Assembly: GCA_964019425.1 (NCBI GenBank) | Contig: OZ025781.1 | Location: 124,001 to 188,000, forward strand | Direction of reading: 5' to 3' | Length of the DNA stretch: 64,000 nucleotides | From: Flectonema sp. DT1601 | Taxonomy: Eukaryota | Shown here: positions 1 through 11,829 of the stretch, piece after piece | Layout of the letters: the number at the start of each line of letters is the position of its first letter | How positions within the stretch are numbered: the first letter of the stretch is position 1 | Notes under the pieces: model-generated | Seen by the model: the letters and a program-made list of their open reading frames with translations, nothing else | Databases searched by the model: none | What the model was told of the DNA's origin: nothing | Position numbers and translations under genes: made by a program

Positions 1-1724
1 TCATTAATAATTGGAGTCGATGGTAACAAACATGGGATGCCATCAGATGATGATTCAGCTATGTAGTTTGCATATCGTCTTACAAAGTTTATTTGTATCT
101 GAGATTCAACGCTACGAGGATCTCTAAAATGTCGAACACGAGCAACAGCAGACTCCGTACTATCTACTACACCAAGACGTAAAAGTAAACAAGCTGCTAC
201 CAGTCCTGCTCTTCCCACACCTCCACGACAGTGAACAAGGACAGATCCACCCGTTTTAATTTCCGACACTAGTTTCCGATCGACTATCTCCCTGTCAAAT
301 TCTGCGGCATCTGACGGAGCAGCCATTTCAATAATGGGATAATTTATTAATTTAACATTTCTTTTTGAACACACTTGATCATACATTTCTGGATGAACTC
401 CCAATGTTCTCAACTCTGAAGGATTCAACAAACATAAAATACTTGTGATTCCAAACTTATCTTTTGCGTGTTGAATATCATTGTTAAGTGAGCGTAAGTA
501 GCTCTTACCGTTACGGCCAGCAGCCATCTTTTTACCTGGACAGGTACTTAAATATAAAGAACCACCTTCAGCTGACTTATAAACAATGGAGGCTCTAAAA
601 GGAGCCACTTTACTAGTCTCAGCTAAGGTTTCGTCTTTCTTCATGGCAACTTGTTGAGCCTTTCCTCTCCGCAAGAATGGTCGTCTTCCGAACACCTCCT
701 TCGGTGATGTCGCATTTGGTGATACCGGAGATGTCGGTCCTCTAAAACTGTTCTCCAGTCCAGTGGTGGGTGATCCTGGAGATGTCAGTTGTATAACACT
801 GCTTTCCAGTCCATTAATAGATGATCCTGGAAATGTTGGTCGTGTGAAACTATTTTCCAGTCCAGACGGTTTTCTAATACTGTTTTGTCTATTTACTGGT
901 GATCCCGGAGATGGACCTCCAAAACTGTTTTGTCTATTTATTGGCGATCCAGGACCAGGAGATGGTCTTCTATAACTGTTTCCCAGTCCAGGTCCTCCAA
1001 AACTGTTTTGTCTATTTACTGGCGATCCAGGACCAGGAGACTGTCCTCTAAAACTATTCCCCAGTCCAGACGGTTTTCTAATACTGTTTTGCCTATTTAC
1101 TGGTGACCCCGGAGATGGACCTCCAAAACTGTTTTGTCTATTTATTGGTGATCCCGGACCAGGAGACTGTCCTCTATAACTGTTCCCCAGTCCAGACGGT
1201 TTTCTAATACTGTTTTGTCTATTAATTGGCGATCCGGGACCAGGAGACTGTCCTCTAAAACTATTTTCCAGTCCATATGGTTTTCTAATACTGTTTTGCC
1301 TATTTACTGGTGACCCTGGAGATGGTCCTCCAAAACTGTTTTGTCTATTTACTGGCGATCCAGGACCAGGAGACTGTCCTCTAAAACTATTCCCCAGTCC
1401 AGACGGTTTTCTAATACTGTTTTGTCTATTTACTGGTGACCCCGGAGATGGTCCCCCAAAACTGTTTTGTCTATTTATTGGTGATCCAGGACCAGGAGAT
1501 TGTCCTCTATAACTGTTCCCCAGTCCAGACGGTTTTCTAATACTGTTTTGTCTATTTACTGGTGCTGGAGATGGCCTTCTGATACTATTTTGTCTACTAA
1601 CTGGTGATCCTGGAAATTGTTTTCTAATACTGTTTTGTCTATGTATCGGTGATCCCAGAGATGGTCTTCCAATACTGCTTTCCAGTCTATTAATTGTAGT
1701 GGCTGGTGCAACGTCAGCAGACAT
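1..1724 (-). CDS. CDKN3/KAP-like dual-specificity protein phosphatase with a Ser/Pro/Gly/Arg tandem-repeat N-terminus; 3' end runs off the window
   Basis: Missing from the ORF track because its stop lies outside the window. ATG at 1724 gives MSADVAPATTINRLE...; same frame contains VLVHCRGGVGRAG (HCx5R, 210-233), LYLSTCPGKK, YPIIEMAAP and RSVESQIQINFV, typical of CDKN3-type phosphatases. Confidence 0.85.
   Translation of the reverse strand, partial: MSADVAPATTINRLESSIGRPSLGSPIHRQNSIRKQFPGSPVSRQNSIRRPSPAPVNRQNSIRKPSGLGNSYRGQSPGPGSPINRQNSFGGPSPGSPVNRQNSIRKPSGLGNSFRGQSPGPGSPVNRQNSFGGPSPGSPVNRQNSIRKPYGLENSFRGQSPGPGSPINRQNSIRKPSGLGNSYRGQSPGPGSPINRQNSFGGPSPGSPVNRQNSIRKPSGLGNSFRGQSPGPGSPVNRQNSFGGPGLGNSYRRPSPGPGSPINRQNSFGGPSPGSPVNRQNSIRKPSGLENSFTRPTFPGSSINGLESSVIQLTSPGSPTTGLENSFRGPTSPVSPNATSPKEVFGRRPFLRRGKAQQVAMKKDETLAETSKVAPFRASIVYKSAEGGSLYLSTCPGKKMAAGRNGKSYLRSLNNDIQHAKDKFGITSILCLLNPSELRTLGVHPEMYDQVCSKRNVKLINYPIIEMAAPSDAAEFDREIVDRKLVSEIKTGGSVLVHCRGGVGRAGLVAACLLLRLGVVDSTESAVARVRHFRDPRSVESQIQINFVRRYANYIAESSSDGIPCLLPSTPIIN
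760..1690 (-). repeat. Coding tandem repeat, ~126-bp higher-order unit (81 + 45 bp subunits)
   Basis: Recurrent ctgttttgtctatttactggtga/ggcgatcc; period 126 bp between 1261 and 1387; encodes SPVNRQNSIRKPSGLGNSFRGQSPGPG + SPVNRQNSFGGPSPG. Confidence 0.9.
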
Positions 1725-2041
1725 GTTGTGTTGTTATTTTCTACTGAAGAAAATCAAGTTTTATTGAGTCTTAAGATAACCATTCGATCCACAGTATAGT
1801 TAGACTCAAAAAAAAAAATAGTTTCATTTAATTATCCATCCGTCTTAAAAAGGATAGTAACGACGACGATAATAAAAATGTCAATCTGGTCCGACAAAAC
1901 AAAAAAAAGAATTTGGTTAAGAAAATCGGAAGAAAAATTTCGGAATCGCATCTTCAAAAGGGATAGAAGCAAAGACGCTGAAAGGTCAAAATTATATCAA
2001 AGTACAAGTTGGGTAAAAAAAAAAATAGGATAATAGAAATA

Positions 2042-3838
2042 TTAAAACCCATTATTATAATCAGTGAAATGGCACCATCTGTTAACTAGAGCACTCCTCT
2101 CATCAGGAACGGCCCTTCCAACTCTACCGAGTACCTGAAGTGATTGGTAGCACTTTGTTATGTGAGTAGCATTGCAAGACTTTGCTAAAGCACTCATCAA
2201 CCATGCCATGGTGTAACGAAGACCTTGATCAGCACCAGCACCACCACCTTTACCTGGGAGACGAGGGAATGCATTTGAAATTTCAATCCGAGCAATCTTC
2301 AGTGAGAGATTCGAAATTGATGACAAATACTTATCGTCTGTGTCATTCTGGTTAGTCAATCTGACACAAGCAAAAGCTGTTTCCATATAAAATTCACCCA
2401 GAGGAAGTTTTGATGGATTTCCGTTTATATTATTAACTTGTCCTGCTGCTGTCTCAAGTATAGAACATACGGCACTACGAGCCTTTACTCTTACCGAATC
2501 GTATATTGTTCCGAGTAATCCCAGTGTTAGTACACTATGAGATAAGACGTTGTGTTGACCACTTTTATTAACCCTCGGGGGGTTATTAAATATCAATTTT
2601 ATAATGTAGTCACCCACCATGTGAGCAACCGTTTCAGTTAGGATGCCGCCACTCTCTCCGATGGCGAGAAGACAACTCGCAGCAATCAACGGTCTGACGT
2701 CTTTTGCAATTTCTATTAGAGACAATAATTTTTCGATGTGATCTTCGTTTTTACAGTAGTATAATGAAGCTGAGAGACCATGACGAACTGAACGGACAGC
2801 CATTTCATCATCATGGAACGTTGGGTTAGAGAGCAAGTTCAATAACTCTGACACAGACAGAGTATACGCAGACTGTAATCTTACTACGTCACATGTCGCT
2901 CCGAGTAAAGCCAATTTATTTAACGGCCTACTGCAAGGAGGAGGGGTTGGCATTTCTGATGGTACAAAACCATAAATCCAATTCCTAATATGTGAGTGAA
3001 TAGAAGCTAACGGTGACCTGTCAACTGGTGTTGGGGGAGGAATGGATGAACTTCTTGGAAACGATTGCCTCAACACTTCATATTTAAACATCCATCTTCT
3101 CTTTGAATCAGTATTAGCCATTCCTCTATGAAATATATCCTTATGAACTATGACACAGCTTCCAGCCTTTACTTCCATTTGTTGCTCTGACGTGTTCCAT
3201 ATTTTTAAATATGGTTTTAGTTTTTCTCTTTGAAGGTGTCGTTCATCTACGCCACCCTCAGGATGTAAATATTGAGTTCTTGCAATTATAGAAGTTGCTG
3301 CGAGTGATATTGTCGTGTCTTGTGGGTAATACATAACCATACACCACCACGGAGCATGTGATCTTCTCATATTAAATCCAGCAAAGTTATCCTTATGAAC
3401 ATTCTGTGGTCTGGATCCTGGATCATTATTCATACCTGTTAAGTGTTTATGAAGAACGTAGTCTGATCCGAGAAGTGTAGCAAGTGCTCCAGAAACTTTA
3501 TTATAATTTGGGTTCATTACAATTGGTAGTAATTCTGGTACTGCAGGGGCGATGTTATTTCCGATTGCCGAATGGTTTCTCGTTCCCTCAATGAACCCAG
3601 CTTGAATCAGTGCTTCATCGCTGTCTTTTATTATCTTGTTGTTAGTCTCTGTTGAGGCAGCGTTTTCAATTACTAAGTAGCCTTCCTTTATAAAGAACTC
3701 AATTTCTTTCTCATCTAACGTTGGTTTTGGTAATTGCGGCGCGTCCAGTAGCATCACGCCAGTAGCAGCAGATTTCTTCGCAGCTGCTTTCTTTCTCTTC
3801 TTCTTATCACGAATACTACTGCTGCTTATGTGAGACAT
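2042..3838 (-). CDS. Phytanoyl-CoA dioxygenase (PhyH)-family Fe(II)/2-oxoglutarate dioxygenase with C-terminal HEAT/ARM-like helical region
   Basis: FFIKEGYLVIEN start of PhyH fold, QNVHKD (HxD), distal FHRGMAN His and following Arg; Ala/Leu-rich helical C-half (CLLAIGE, VLTLGLLG). Confidence 0.75.
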   Translation of the reverse strand: MSHISSSSIRDKKKRKKAAAKKSAATGVMLLDAPQLPKPTLDEKEIEFFIKEGYLVIENAASTETNNKIIKDSDEALIQAGFIEGTRNHSAIGNNIAPAVPELLPIVMNPNYNKVSGALATLLGSDYVLHKHLTGMNNDPGSRPQNVHKDNFAGFNMRRSHAPWWCMVMYYPQDTTISLAATSIIARTQYLHPEGGVDERHLQREKLKPYLKIWNTSEQQMEVKAGSCVIVHKDIFHRGMANTDSKRRWMFKYEVLRQSFPRSSSIPPPTPVDRSPLASIHSHIRNWIYGFVPSEMPTPPPCSRPLNKLALLGATCDVVRLQSAYTLSVSELLNLLSNPTFHDDEMAVRSVRHGLSASLYYCKNEDHIEKLLSLIEIAKDVRPLIAASCLLAIGESGGILTETVAHMVGDYIIKLIFNNPPRVNKSGQHNVLSHSVLTLGLLGTIYDSVRVKARSAVCSILETAAGQVNNINGNPSKLPLGEFYMETAFACVRLTNQNDTDDKYLSSISNLSLKIARIEISNAFPRLPGKGGGAGADQGLRYTMAWLMSALAKSCNATHITKCYQSLQVLGRVGRAVPDERSALVNRWCHFTDYNNGF

Positions 3839-4367
3839 TGTGTTCGTTTTCTTGTTTGTTAGGAAACTGTCGCAGGGAAGAAAAAAAAAAAATAAGTCAA
3901 GAAAAAAGAAAGAAAAGAAAAAATATAAACAAAAATAACTAATTAACTGAAATCTATCAGGTTGAACTTGAATGAAAAAAAAAAAAAAAAAAATAGTAAC
4001 TGAAAAAAAACGAAATGAGAACTTGAAAGGTTAATTCGTCAGTAAATACACCACACACATCGGTGATGGGTGCGAACAAAAATCGGAAAAAAATCTTTCT
4101 GGGAAACTCTACTCTAGGCAATGTGACAATGACTTGGTTTGGTTGTCACTGCACATTCATAAAAAACAGATAAGGAAGACAGAACAAAAGGTTAAAGGTT
4201 ATCAAATTAGTATTTGAAAAAGTCCAGTCCATTGTAAGTTGCTTGAGACTTATCATTGACAAAAAGTATACGAATTGTTAAAAATATATAAAATAATTGC
4301 TAACCAACAACAATAACAACAAAGAAAGTTTTTCTGTTACAGTTGGTAACTTAAGAGATGAGATGTC

Positions 4368-6377
4368 CTAGTTTCGTAATCGTGGTCGGGGTATTTTTTT
4401 AGGTTTCATTGCTGGTGATGGTCGGCGGACTTGAGCACCACCAGCAGAACCCTTTATTCCACCTTGGATTTTAGGAGATCTGTCTGTAGTTTCTGGTGAT
4501 TCGTCCATACTTCGAGGACGACCTGGTCGTTGTTTAGCTGTTGTTGTTGGAGAAGGCATCCTTCCCTTAGCACCTCCTTTTATAGATCCCTGAACTGGAG
4601 GTCCTACTCCTTGTCCTGGTGGACCTGGTTGCCCAGGTGGTCCAGGAGGAGGTCCCTTAGTCGTCGTCCGCACTTGTTGCCCACCAGGACTTGCCGATTG
4701 CTGAGAAACAGATGATACGCTACCAGGACCCTTAATATACTTTGATGGTGACAACCCTGGACTCTTTTTATATTGTCCACCACTGGGTGGACTGGGTTCT
4801 TTCATTCTTCCCCTAGCAGGTGACTGGTTCTTTGACACAGGAAGAGTCTTCTGATTACCTTCAATTGGAGGTGGCTGAGGACCTCCAGGATGTGCTGCCT
4901 TCACAGGAACAGTCTTCCATTCAGTTCCAGAAGGAGGAATTACGTAAAAAGCTGTCGATTTCTGTGTTCCGTTCAACTGAGATAAGATTCTGTGAAGGTC
5001 TTCCTCAGTTTCTACGACGGTGTTATTGATTGCTGCTAAAGTCGCACCCATTGAAATAGTTCCATTAGCTGCACTGTAAGGAGAGATTCCAGTTACTGTT
5101 GTACCAACACATGTTATTCCAAATCCACCACCACAAGCGGCAACAGTGTTTACGTAAACCTTCTTACCAGCGGTTTTAACAAAAGATTCTAACTTTGCGT
5201 GAAGTTGACCAGTCTGTGTTGATACTCGATAAGCATTCCCATCATCATTGTGATGAGTGATGACTCCAAGAATTGGACCTTTTGCAGTTGAACAAATAAC
5301 ATGAGATCCAATAGGATGAGCTCGTGGGGTACCAGTTGGAACAGCAACCGGTAAGCTGACTGCCTGGGATGACATATCAAATGCAGCACTAGAAGAGTCT
5401 TCATCGTTATCAGAAGTACTGTGGAATTCATCTTCTTCATCATCATCATCATGTTGACTGTGAACACCAGTATCAATACTACCATCACGAGTAGATCCTT
5501 GTAAGCTAACTGTTAGAGTGTCTGCTACCTCTGGTGGTGAGGGGGCTCTTTTCTCAGGTGACGATGCTTTCTTTTTCCTCACTGGTCCTCTTCCAGCAGT
5601 CATTGAATCGAAATCAACTTCCTTCTTTCTCTTGTCTAATATCTCTCTTGTTCCTCTTGAAAGAGTTGGCTTTGATTGTAGTTCTTTTAGTTCACCAACT
5701 TGACGACCTCCAGCAGTTCCTGACTTCTCGATTATCTTTTTCTTCTTCGCAATATCACCTGCTTCCTTGTAAAGAGTTTTATGAATACCACCCTCGTCTT
5801 TATGTTGTTGAGATCTTATTCGAGTCAGGTCAAGAGTTTTCTCTTTCAGCTCAGGTTTGTACGTATGTTCTGTTGCAGGGCGGGTCACAGTTCGTTTTCG
5901 AGTGCTTGGAGACTGTAGTCGCATGACGACCTTTCCAGCATCGATGCGCGTTGTGAGTGCAGCTGATGAATGTGGAGCAGTATTTGGTGTTTTAACTGCA
6001 GAGGATCGACTGAATAGCTCTCTTGGTGTCACTGGGTAATTGAATTTGTCAGCTGAGTGATCATCCGTCGTTCTCGTCAGTCTTTCCCAATACGGAGGGT
6101 TAGTCGTTGGTTTTGGTGCTCTTCCTGTTCGTGGTGTGAATGAGAGAGAGGCATCAATCCTTTCCATTATAAACCTTCCTTGCAATTTTACAGCTTCTCT
6201 CTTTTCTCTGGCTACCTCTGCTGATCTGTATAATTCTTCCCAAGCATTCCTACCAGAAGACACTCTATCAACAAGGTTCAGCATCTCATCTTCACGTAGC
6301 TGTACATCTTCATAATCATCACTGGCTTCATATGTTCCAGAGAGAGATGAGGCTGGCCATGGTTGAGGAACAGCCAT
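4368..6377 (-). CDS. Hypothetical low-complexity protein with a PDZ-like domain
   Basis: 669-aa ORF; GGGFGITCVGTTVTGISPYSAA...GATLAAINNTVV resembles PDZ; acidic linker and Pro/Gly/Ser-rich tail; N-terminal F/Y-x-P motifs (SFTP, TYKP, SKPT). Confidence 0.6.
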   Translation of the reverse strand: MAVPQPWPASSLSGTYEASDDYEDVQLREDEMLNLVDRVSSGRNAWEELYRSAEVAREKREAVKLQGRFIMERIDASLSFTPRTGRAPKPTTNPPYWERLTRTTDDHSADKFNYPVTPRELFSRSSAVKTPNTAPHSSAALTTRIDAGKVVMRLQSPSTRKRTVTRPATEHTYKPELKEKTLDLTRIRSQQHKDEGGIHKTLYKEAGDIAKKKKIIEKSGTAGGRQVGELKELQSKPTLSRGTREILDKRKKEVDFDSMTAGRGPVRKKKASSPEKRAPSPPEVADTLTVSLQGSTRDGSIDTGVHSQHDDDDEEDEFHSTSDNDEDSSSAAFDMSSQAVSLPVAVPTGTPRAHPIGSHVICSTAKGPILGVITHHNDDGNAYRVSTQTGQLHAKLESFVKTAGKKVYVNTVAACGGGFGITCVGTTVTGISPYSAANGTISMGATLAAINNTVVETEEDLHRILSQLNGTQKSTAFYVIPPSGTEWKTVPVKAAHPGGPQPPPIEGNQKTLPVSKNQSPARGRMKEPSPPSGGQYKKSPGLSPSKYIKGPGSVSSVSQQSASPGGQQVRTTTKGPPPGPPGQPGPPGQGVGPPVQGSIKGGAKGRMPSPTTTAKQRPGRPRSMDESPETTDRSPKIQGGIKGSAGGAQVRRPSPAMKPKKIPRPRLRN

Positions 6378-9300
6378 AATTACCTGAATGATATAAAAAT
6401 AGATTTAAACGAGTACCTTTCAAATTGATGAAGTTCGATGATCGAAGTCATATTTCACTTCTCCAGATTCAGATGGATGTAATTAAGAATCCTGAATGAT
6501 GAAAGTACCAAACACTAATACTTGTAGATACATCATCATACGAATGAAAAAAAAAATGAAACATGGGAACTGAAGGTTTCTTTTTTTTTTTTTTTTTTTT
6601 TTTTGCTCATGTTACTAAAACCGACCAGTGTCGACAGTCACAGTTAGAATTGCTCTACGAACACTGCATCATTTCATTTCATGATACCATATATTATATT
6701 TGAATTCACGATGACTATTCTATAGGTTTACACCTTACTCAGCAAAGTAAATCTTATGTTTCATGTCTTCTGATTTGGTATAGAGGTCAACACTGAAACC
6801 AATGATATTCTGACAGCGCAAAGCGATATTGACACCGAAAAAATCAATAACGCAAAAAAAAAAAAAAAAAAAAAAAAGTTAGTAGCCGTAAAAAATTGAA
6901 AGATGGGTGGGAAACAACAATAACCAAAACAGATAAAAAATTCACACGTACAATAAAATAAGAACGAAAAAAAAAAAAAAAAAAGAAAAAAAAAAATCAC
7001 ACGCTAGAATGTTAATACAAGGAACTATCTTTTCTCACATTGGCGGAAAGGAAGCAAAATAAGAGAACGTCGCAGACTCGTAGACCGCCCGGGTTGGGCT
7101 GATCTACTTCAATTTTTGAAGTACAATAATTATTTAAATTAATAAACGAATCTGAAAAAGAGAGAACATGAAACCGTCCACATCGTAGGTACATTTCGAT
7201 AAGTTGTCAACTTATCTCATGAATGGCACTACGGCAATTCGTGCTGATAGAGAAGTTCATTGCGTATTGTGCATCACTGATACAACAAGCTATATAGTAT
7301 CAGGTTGCGGGGCAACAGCAACGCAAGCATACAATCTTGTTTAGGATTGTTATGGTACAGCTTTCTATCTTTGGGTGACGAGAACTCGGGGGGGAAAAAA
7401 AAGGGTAGGGGGGAAACCTTTTTATTTTTTTTTTATAACTGATTTTCATATGGAACAACTGATTCTAAGAAGGGGTGCGGGAATAGCTCTTGGGGTTCCG
7501 AAAAAAACTTTTGAAAAAAAAAAAAAAAAAAAAAACTAGACAAAGTATGATTTCACTTCCATCACATAGATCGATTCCTATGAGGTATTATCAGACTTGT
7601 CTCTCGTGGCTTCAATGAACCAAATCTTCAGAATGCTTTCTGAATGATTGTATTAGCTACCCACCCGAGGAGTTTTGTTCGTTCGTCAGGACACAAACAA
7701 AAATAATAATTCAGATTCAAGACCAGCTCCCGCACAACAGTTGTCGTTGGGCTAAGAGAGAGTCTAAAAAAAATCGAATGAGTAACCCTTCACACAAGGG
7801 AAAAAACAACTGAGAAAGGGGAAAAAAAAAAAAAAAAAAAAAGAAATCCTCCCTTGAATACAAAACATTACTCACAGCAATGAAACTGCGAGCCAAGGCG
7901 ACAACGGGGTAACCAGATAAATAATACATAAGTTTCAATTTATTGAATTTTAGTGAACCCATCATCAGACTCACGACAGGCAAGACTGACATATCAGTAA
8001 GCAGGCAGAGATAACAAACTTGGGTAGTAATTTTACAAAATAAACAAACTAAACAAAAAGACCACTCTAATTGAATACAGCGGACTTCATAGTCCAGCAA
8101 GTCTGAAACAGCTGTCGGAGTCTATTTTAACATTCTTTTGAACAGAGTTTGAACCTCACAAGTAGAACGTTATTAGGGAGCGTAGTTTGACTATTGGCTC
8201 TCAGGAACTTAGCTTTGGTCGATGGGTAAAGTAGCCAATTTATTACAAATTGAACTTCTGTACCAATATATCTAACAAATTCCAGCTAAGAATCAACAGA
8301 AGATTAAAAATTGGGGGGGTTTTTTGAAAAAAAAAAAAAAAACAGAAAAATACGGAGAAATAAACAAAGGGGAAAATAATTTTTCCTTTTCTCTCTTTTT
8401 AACACAACTACTGAATGATGGAATAGGGTGGTGAAACAAGGACAAGTTTTAAAGACGAAGGGAACGATGAGACTCAGGAATGAGCTGTGCACAAATTACC
8501 AAAAAGGAATGCCTATTACTTTCTCTGATACCTCCCGCTTTTTTTTTTTTTTTTTTTTTTAGTTCGTTTGACTAAGGGAGAGAGAAAAAAAAAGAAGAAA
8601 AAAAAAGTTTTTAACATTAAAATGATAAAAAAAAAAAAAAATAATATAAAAATTAGTGGTACGGATTTCCAAAGGACCCACCAAGCTCACAGAACTCTCA
8701 CTAACTCTCATCAAGTAAGGGAAGACCATATCATCCCTATTAACGACAGCAGTGATATTAATACAAACAAAAAGGGGAAGAAGATCTCATCCCGAAATGT
8801 CTCAGAAATGTTCTCTGAACCAACAGTTGTACTTTGCTTCCAGTCGTCACAAGCTGCATAGTTTATGATAATATACAAAACTTTTTTCTAACAAATCCTC
8901 AACAGTGACTTACTCCACAATAATATACTTTTCTTTTCATTTTTTTTTTTTTTTTTTTTCCCCTTTCAAGTGAAAAAAAAAAGAAGAAAAAAAAAAAACA
9001 AAAAAAACACCTTATAAAATAACCAAAACAAAATAAAACTGAAATTACGAGAAACAAAAATTTTTTTTTAGGAGAAGGAAAAAAGAATCTACAAACTGAT
9101 CATGGTATGCAAAAAATGACGACGCAATGAGCATTATTATTAGGACAGTTTGATAAGCAGAGTTGCCAACAAAGAAAGCTTCACTCGCTATGAATGTGTC
9201 CTCTTAAGGAATTCCCCGTCCCTTGAAATCTCACTGCGGGGTAATCAAGTAAAGTAGTGAAAAGAGATACCGATTAGAATATATATTTTTTTTTTTTTGA

Positions 9301-10326
9301 ATAGAGCATTACACGCTGTAAGAGACAAGCAAGATTTGATTCTCCAGCTGAAAAGGTTGGTTGCTTAGCCGTTGCTAAATATAACAAAAAAAAAAAAAAA
9401 TGAAAAAAAAAAAGACACATATAAAAAGACTATTCAGTATGCATAATCTTACCAACCAGCAACAGACACGAAGATGAAAAAAAAAAAAAAAAAAAACCTC
9501 AAAGCAGATAAAGTAATTATCAGCACAGTGGCCAATAAGCAGAGGGTTTTTTTTTTTTTTTTTTTTTAAATTCCCCCTTCAATTTATTTTCAACAATATT
9601 TCTTGACCACGCCCCCGTTACAAAAAAGACACATCCCAGGAGAGAAGAGATTGGGATCACATATCATAAGAAATGTTATATAAAAGAATTCGTTTGGTTT
9701 CGACGAACCAAACAACACGACAGGCGGTAAAAAGAAACGAAAGAACAAAGAGACTGGCTTCAACGGATATTATTAATTAGTGTGTTAGCGCGCCTAACAT
9801 GCCACCGAGTATGAAGGAAGCTCAAAGAGAACCGAATAGCTCTCCGTAGATTCTCAATACTGCGGAGGTATATTGGGTTATAGATTATCACGTGAATAAC
9901 TAGGTCATTACTATTTTTTTTTAAAAAAAATCGGAAAAGGAAGAAACTCAACATTCAGGAGAGCATTAAGCGACTGGGTTTTGCACCCGAAGGGGGATTG
10001 GGGTGGGAAAGGAAAAAAAAAAAAAAAAAAAAAAAAAAAAACACCTTTCTAAGTAACAAACTCTCAACAGATCTAACCCAGAAATACTAATTCGCTAAGC
10101 TACACCAGTCATGTTGCTTCAAGTAGGAACCTCAACTGTCGGACCAGTCGGTCAAAACCATAACATCATAATTGTGAGGGTTAGGTAAGAATCTCAGCAA
10201 AAAAAAAAAAAAAAAAAAAAAAAACAGAATTTTAGTATTTTTAACCAGCTTCCAACCGGTTGATGAGATGGAATGCAGGTTCAAGACCAAAGACTTAATA
10301 TCATTAAAACTTGTTGTTAGAAAAGA

Positions 10327-11829
10327 TCAAGTATAGTAGTATCTCAGAGTCATTTGAATTAGTCCCTCACACACTCCAAAAGATCCACAAGTACCTAAAC
10401 CAACAGTAAAGTTTCTAGTGGTAAACCACGTGATTGCCTTTCCTTGTAATGTTGTTGGAGCCTTAGACGACTTCGGAGCAGGAGCAAATGGAAGAAATGC
10501 GTACGCAGTCATCAAATCCGCTATAACAGCAGCAAAATAAAGAAGAGAAGCCCCAGCTGAAAGAGCAAGTCGTTCAGTATAACAAGCATGGATGCATAAG
10601 GCTAACATAATTATTTGTCTCCAGTACCAGACTACGGCGTTCGCTTGAACGAAAAATAATTTACTTTTAATACCAAATATGTCGAAAGCTTCCCATTCGA
10701 CGAGACCCAAATGCTCAGTTGGAAAATATAGAAAATCCAACAACCAATGCAAGTAGTACAAAGCAAGCTCTAAAGTTCCAGCAGATGGAGGTGGTGAGGA
10801 GGTGGACAAGAATAGCTTTCTGTAAGTTCCAGAAAACCTTCCGAGAGCTCTAAAGTATCCAAGTTGACCAGCCAACCACAGACTACCGTCTGCTGCCTCA
10901 AGGCTTACCACGGCATCGAGCAATGGAAATAGCATCCTACCAGAATAGTGAATCACTTTAAGAATTGGATTAAATTGGGTGATTAATGCAATATTCGAAA
11001 ACGAGGTATAAACAACTATCGCGCTTACCAAGAAATGTAAAGCCGAAGTGACAGCATGTTTCACCCTCGTTCTCTTTTTACTTTTTCTAGGAAGAGGCTC
11101 GGACTTGTAAGAAGGTAAAAAATGAGAATTATTTCTCTTCTTTAACAATGATCTCGCCTCTGTAGAGTAATCCGTTTCAAAGAAAGTCTTTCGGCGACGC
11201 ATGACGTGGTCTGGTAGGAGCTCGCTAGTGGAATTTGCTCTCTTTTTTTGTATAAAATGAGATTCATTGAAGTCGGGTCTTACTATTTTTGCAGTTGACG
11301 AGAAATATAAATTATTTGCCGATGCTGACTGACTAAGTGGTGATGTTAATGGAGAAGCCATTCTGTTGTTAGGCCACAGGATGAGTCCGTTCATTTCTTT
11401 TCCAAAAGAAGTTTTTTTGAAAATTGAATCATCACTTGAAGAGTCAGTACGGAAGGTACTGTGAGACAGAGATCGAGATCGTCTGCGTGTGGGATCATCA
11501 AGTAGTGGTTCACTTTCACAAGATGGAGAAGTACCTTCAGGTAGATCCATGTGCTCGTCATCAATCTGATCCCACAAAGCAGATTGTTCTTCTTCTCTTC
11601 TTCTAACGCTCTCATCTGTTTCTGGTAGTACAAGTTCAGGAGAATCCGGACTTGTGATATTAACTTTCTCTGGACTCGCCAATTCAACTGTCGCTGGGCT
11701 TACCAACTCAACGACATCTTCTTCTGGAGGATCAACTTTCAATGGTGGTAGATCCACTTTCTTCCCTTTCTTCCGCCGCTTTCCCTTCTTCCCTCCAACA
11801 CACTTAGCGGCTGCTGCCTTATCTGTCAT
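10327..11829 (-). CDS. PEX11-family (PEX11-gamma-like) peroxisomal/glycosomal membrane protein with long disordered N-terminal extension
   Basis: C-half DFLYFPTEHLG, WYWRQ, ADLMTAYAFLP, VGLGTCGSFG parallel PEX11-gamma motifs (LYYPxEH, ADLxxAxxxLP, VGLxG), compared from memory. Confidence 0.6.
   Translation of the reverse strand: MTDKAAAAKCVGGKKGKRRKKGKKVDLPPLKVDPPEEDVVELVSPATVELASPEKVNITSPDSPELVLPETDESVRRREEEQSALWDQIDDEHMDLPEGTSPSCESEPLLDDPTRRRSRSLSHSTFRTDSSSDDSIFKKTSFGKEMNGLILWPNNRMASPLTSPLSQSASANNLYFSSTAKIVRPDFNESHFIQKKRANSTSELLPDHVMRRRKTFFETDYSTEARSLLKKRNNSHFLPSYKSEPLPRKSKKRTRVKHAVTSALHFLVSAIVVYTSFSNIALITQFNPILKVIHYSGRMLFPLLDAVVSLEAADGSLWLAGQLGYFRALGRFSGTYRKLFLSTSSPPPSAGTLELALYYLHWLLDFLYFPTEHLGLVEWEAFDIFGIKSKLFFVQANAVVWYWRQIIMLALCIHACYTERLALSAGASLLYFAAVIADLMTAYAFLPFAPAPKSSKAPTTLQGKAITWFTTRNFTVGLGTCGSFGVCEGLIQMTLRYYYT

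Noticed and set aside
760..1690. CRISPR-like array
   Set aside because: No unique spacers; it is an in-frame coding repeat in a eukaryotic gene.
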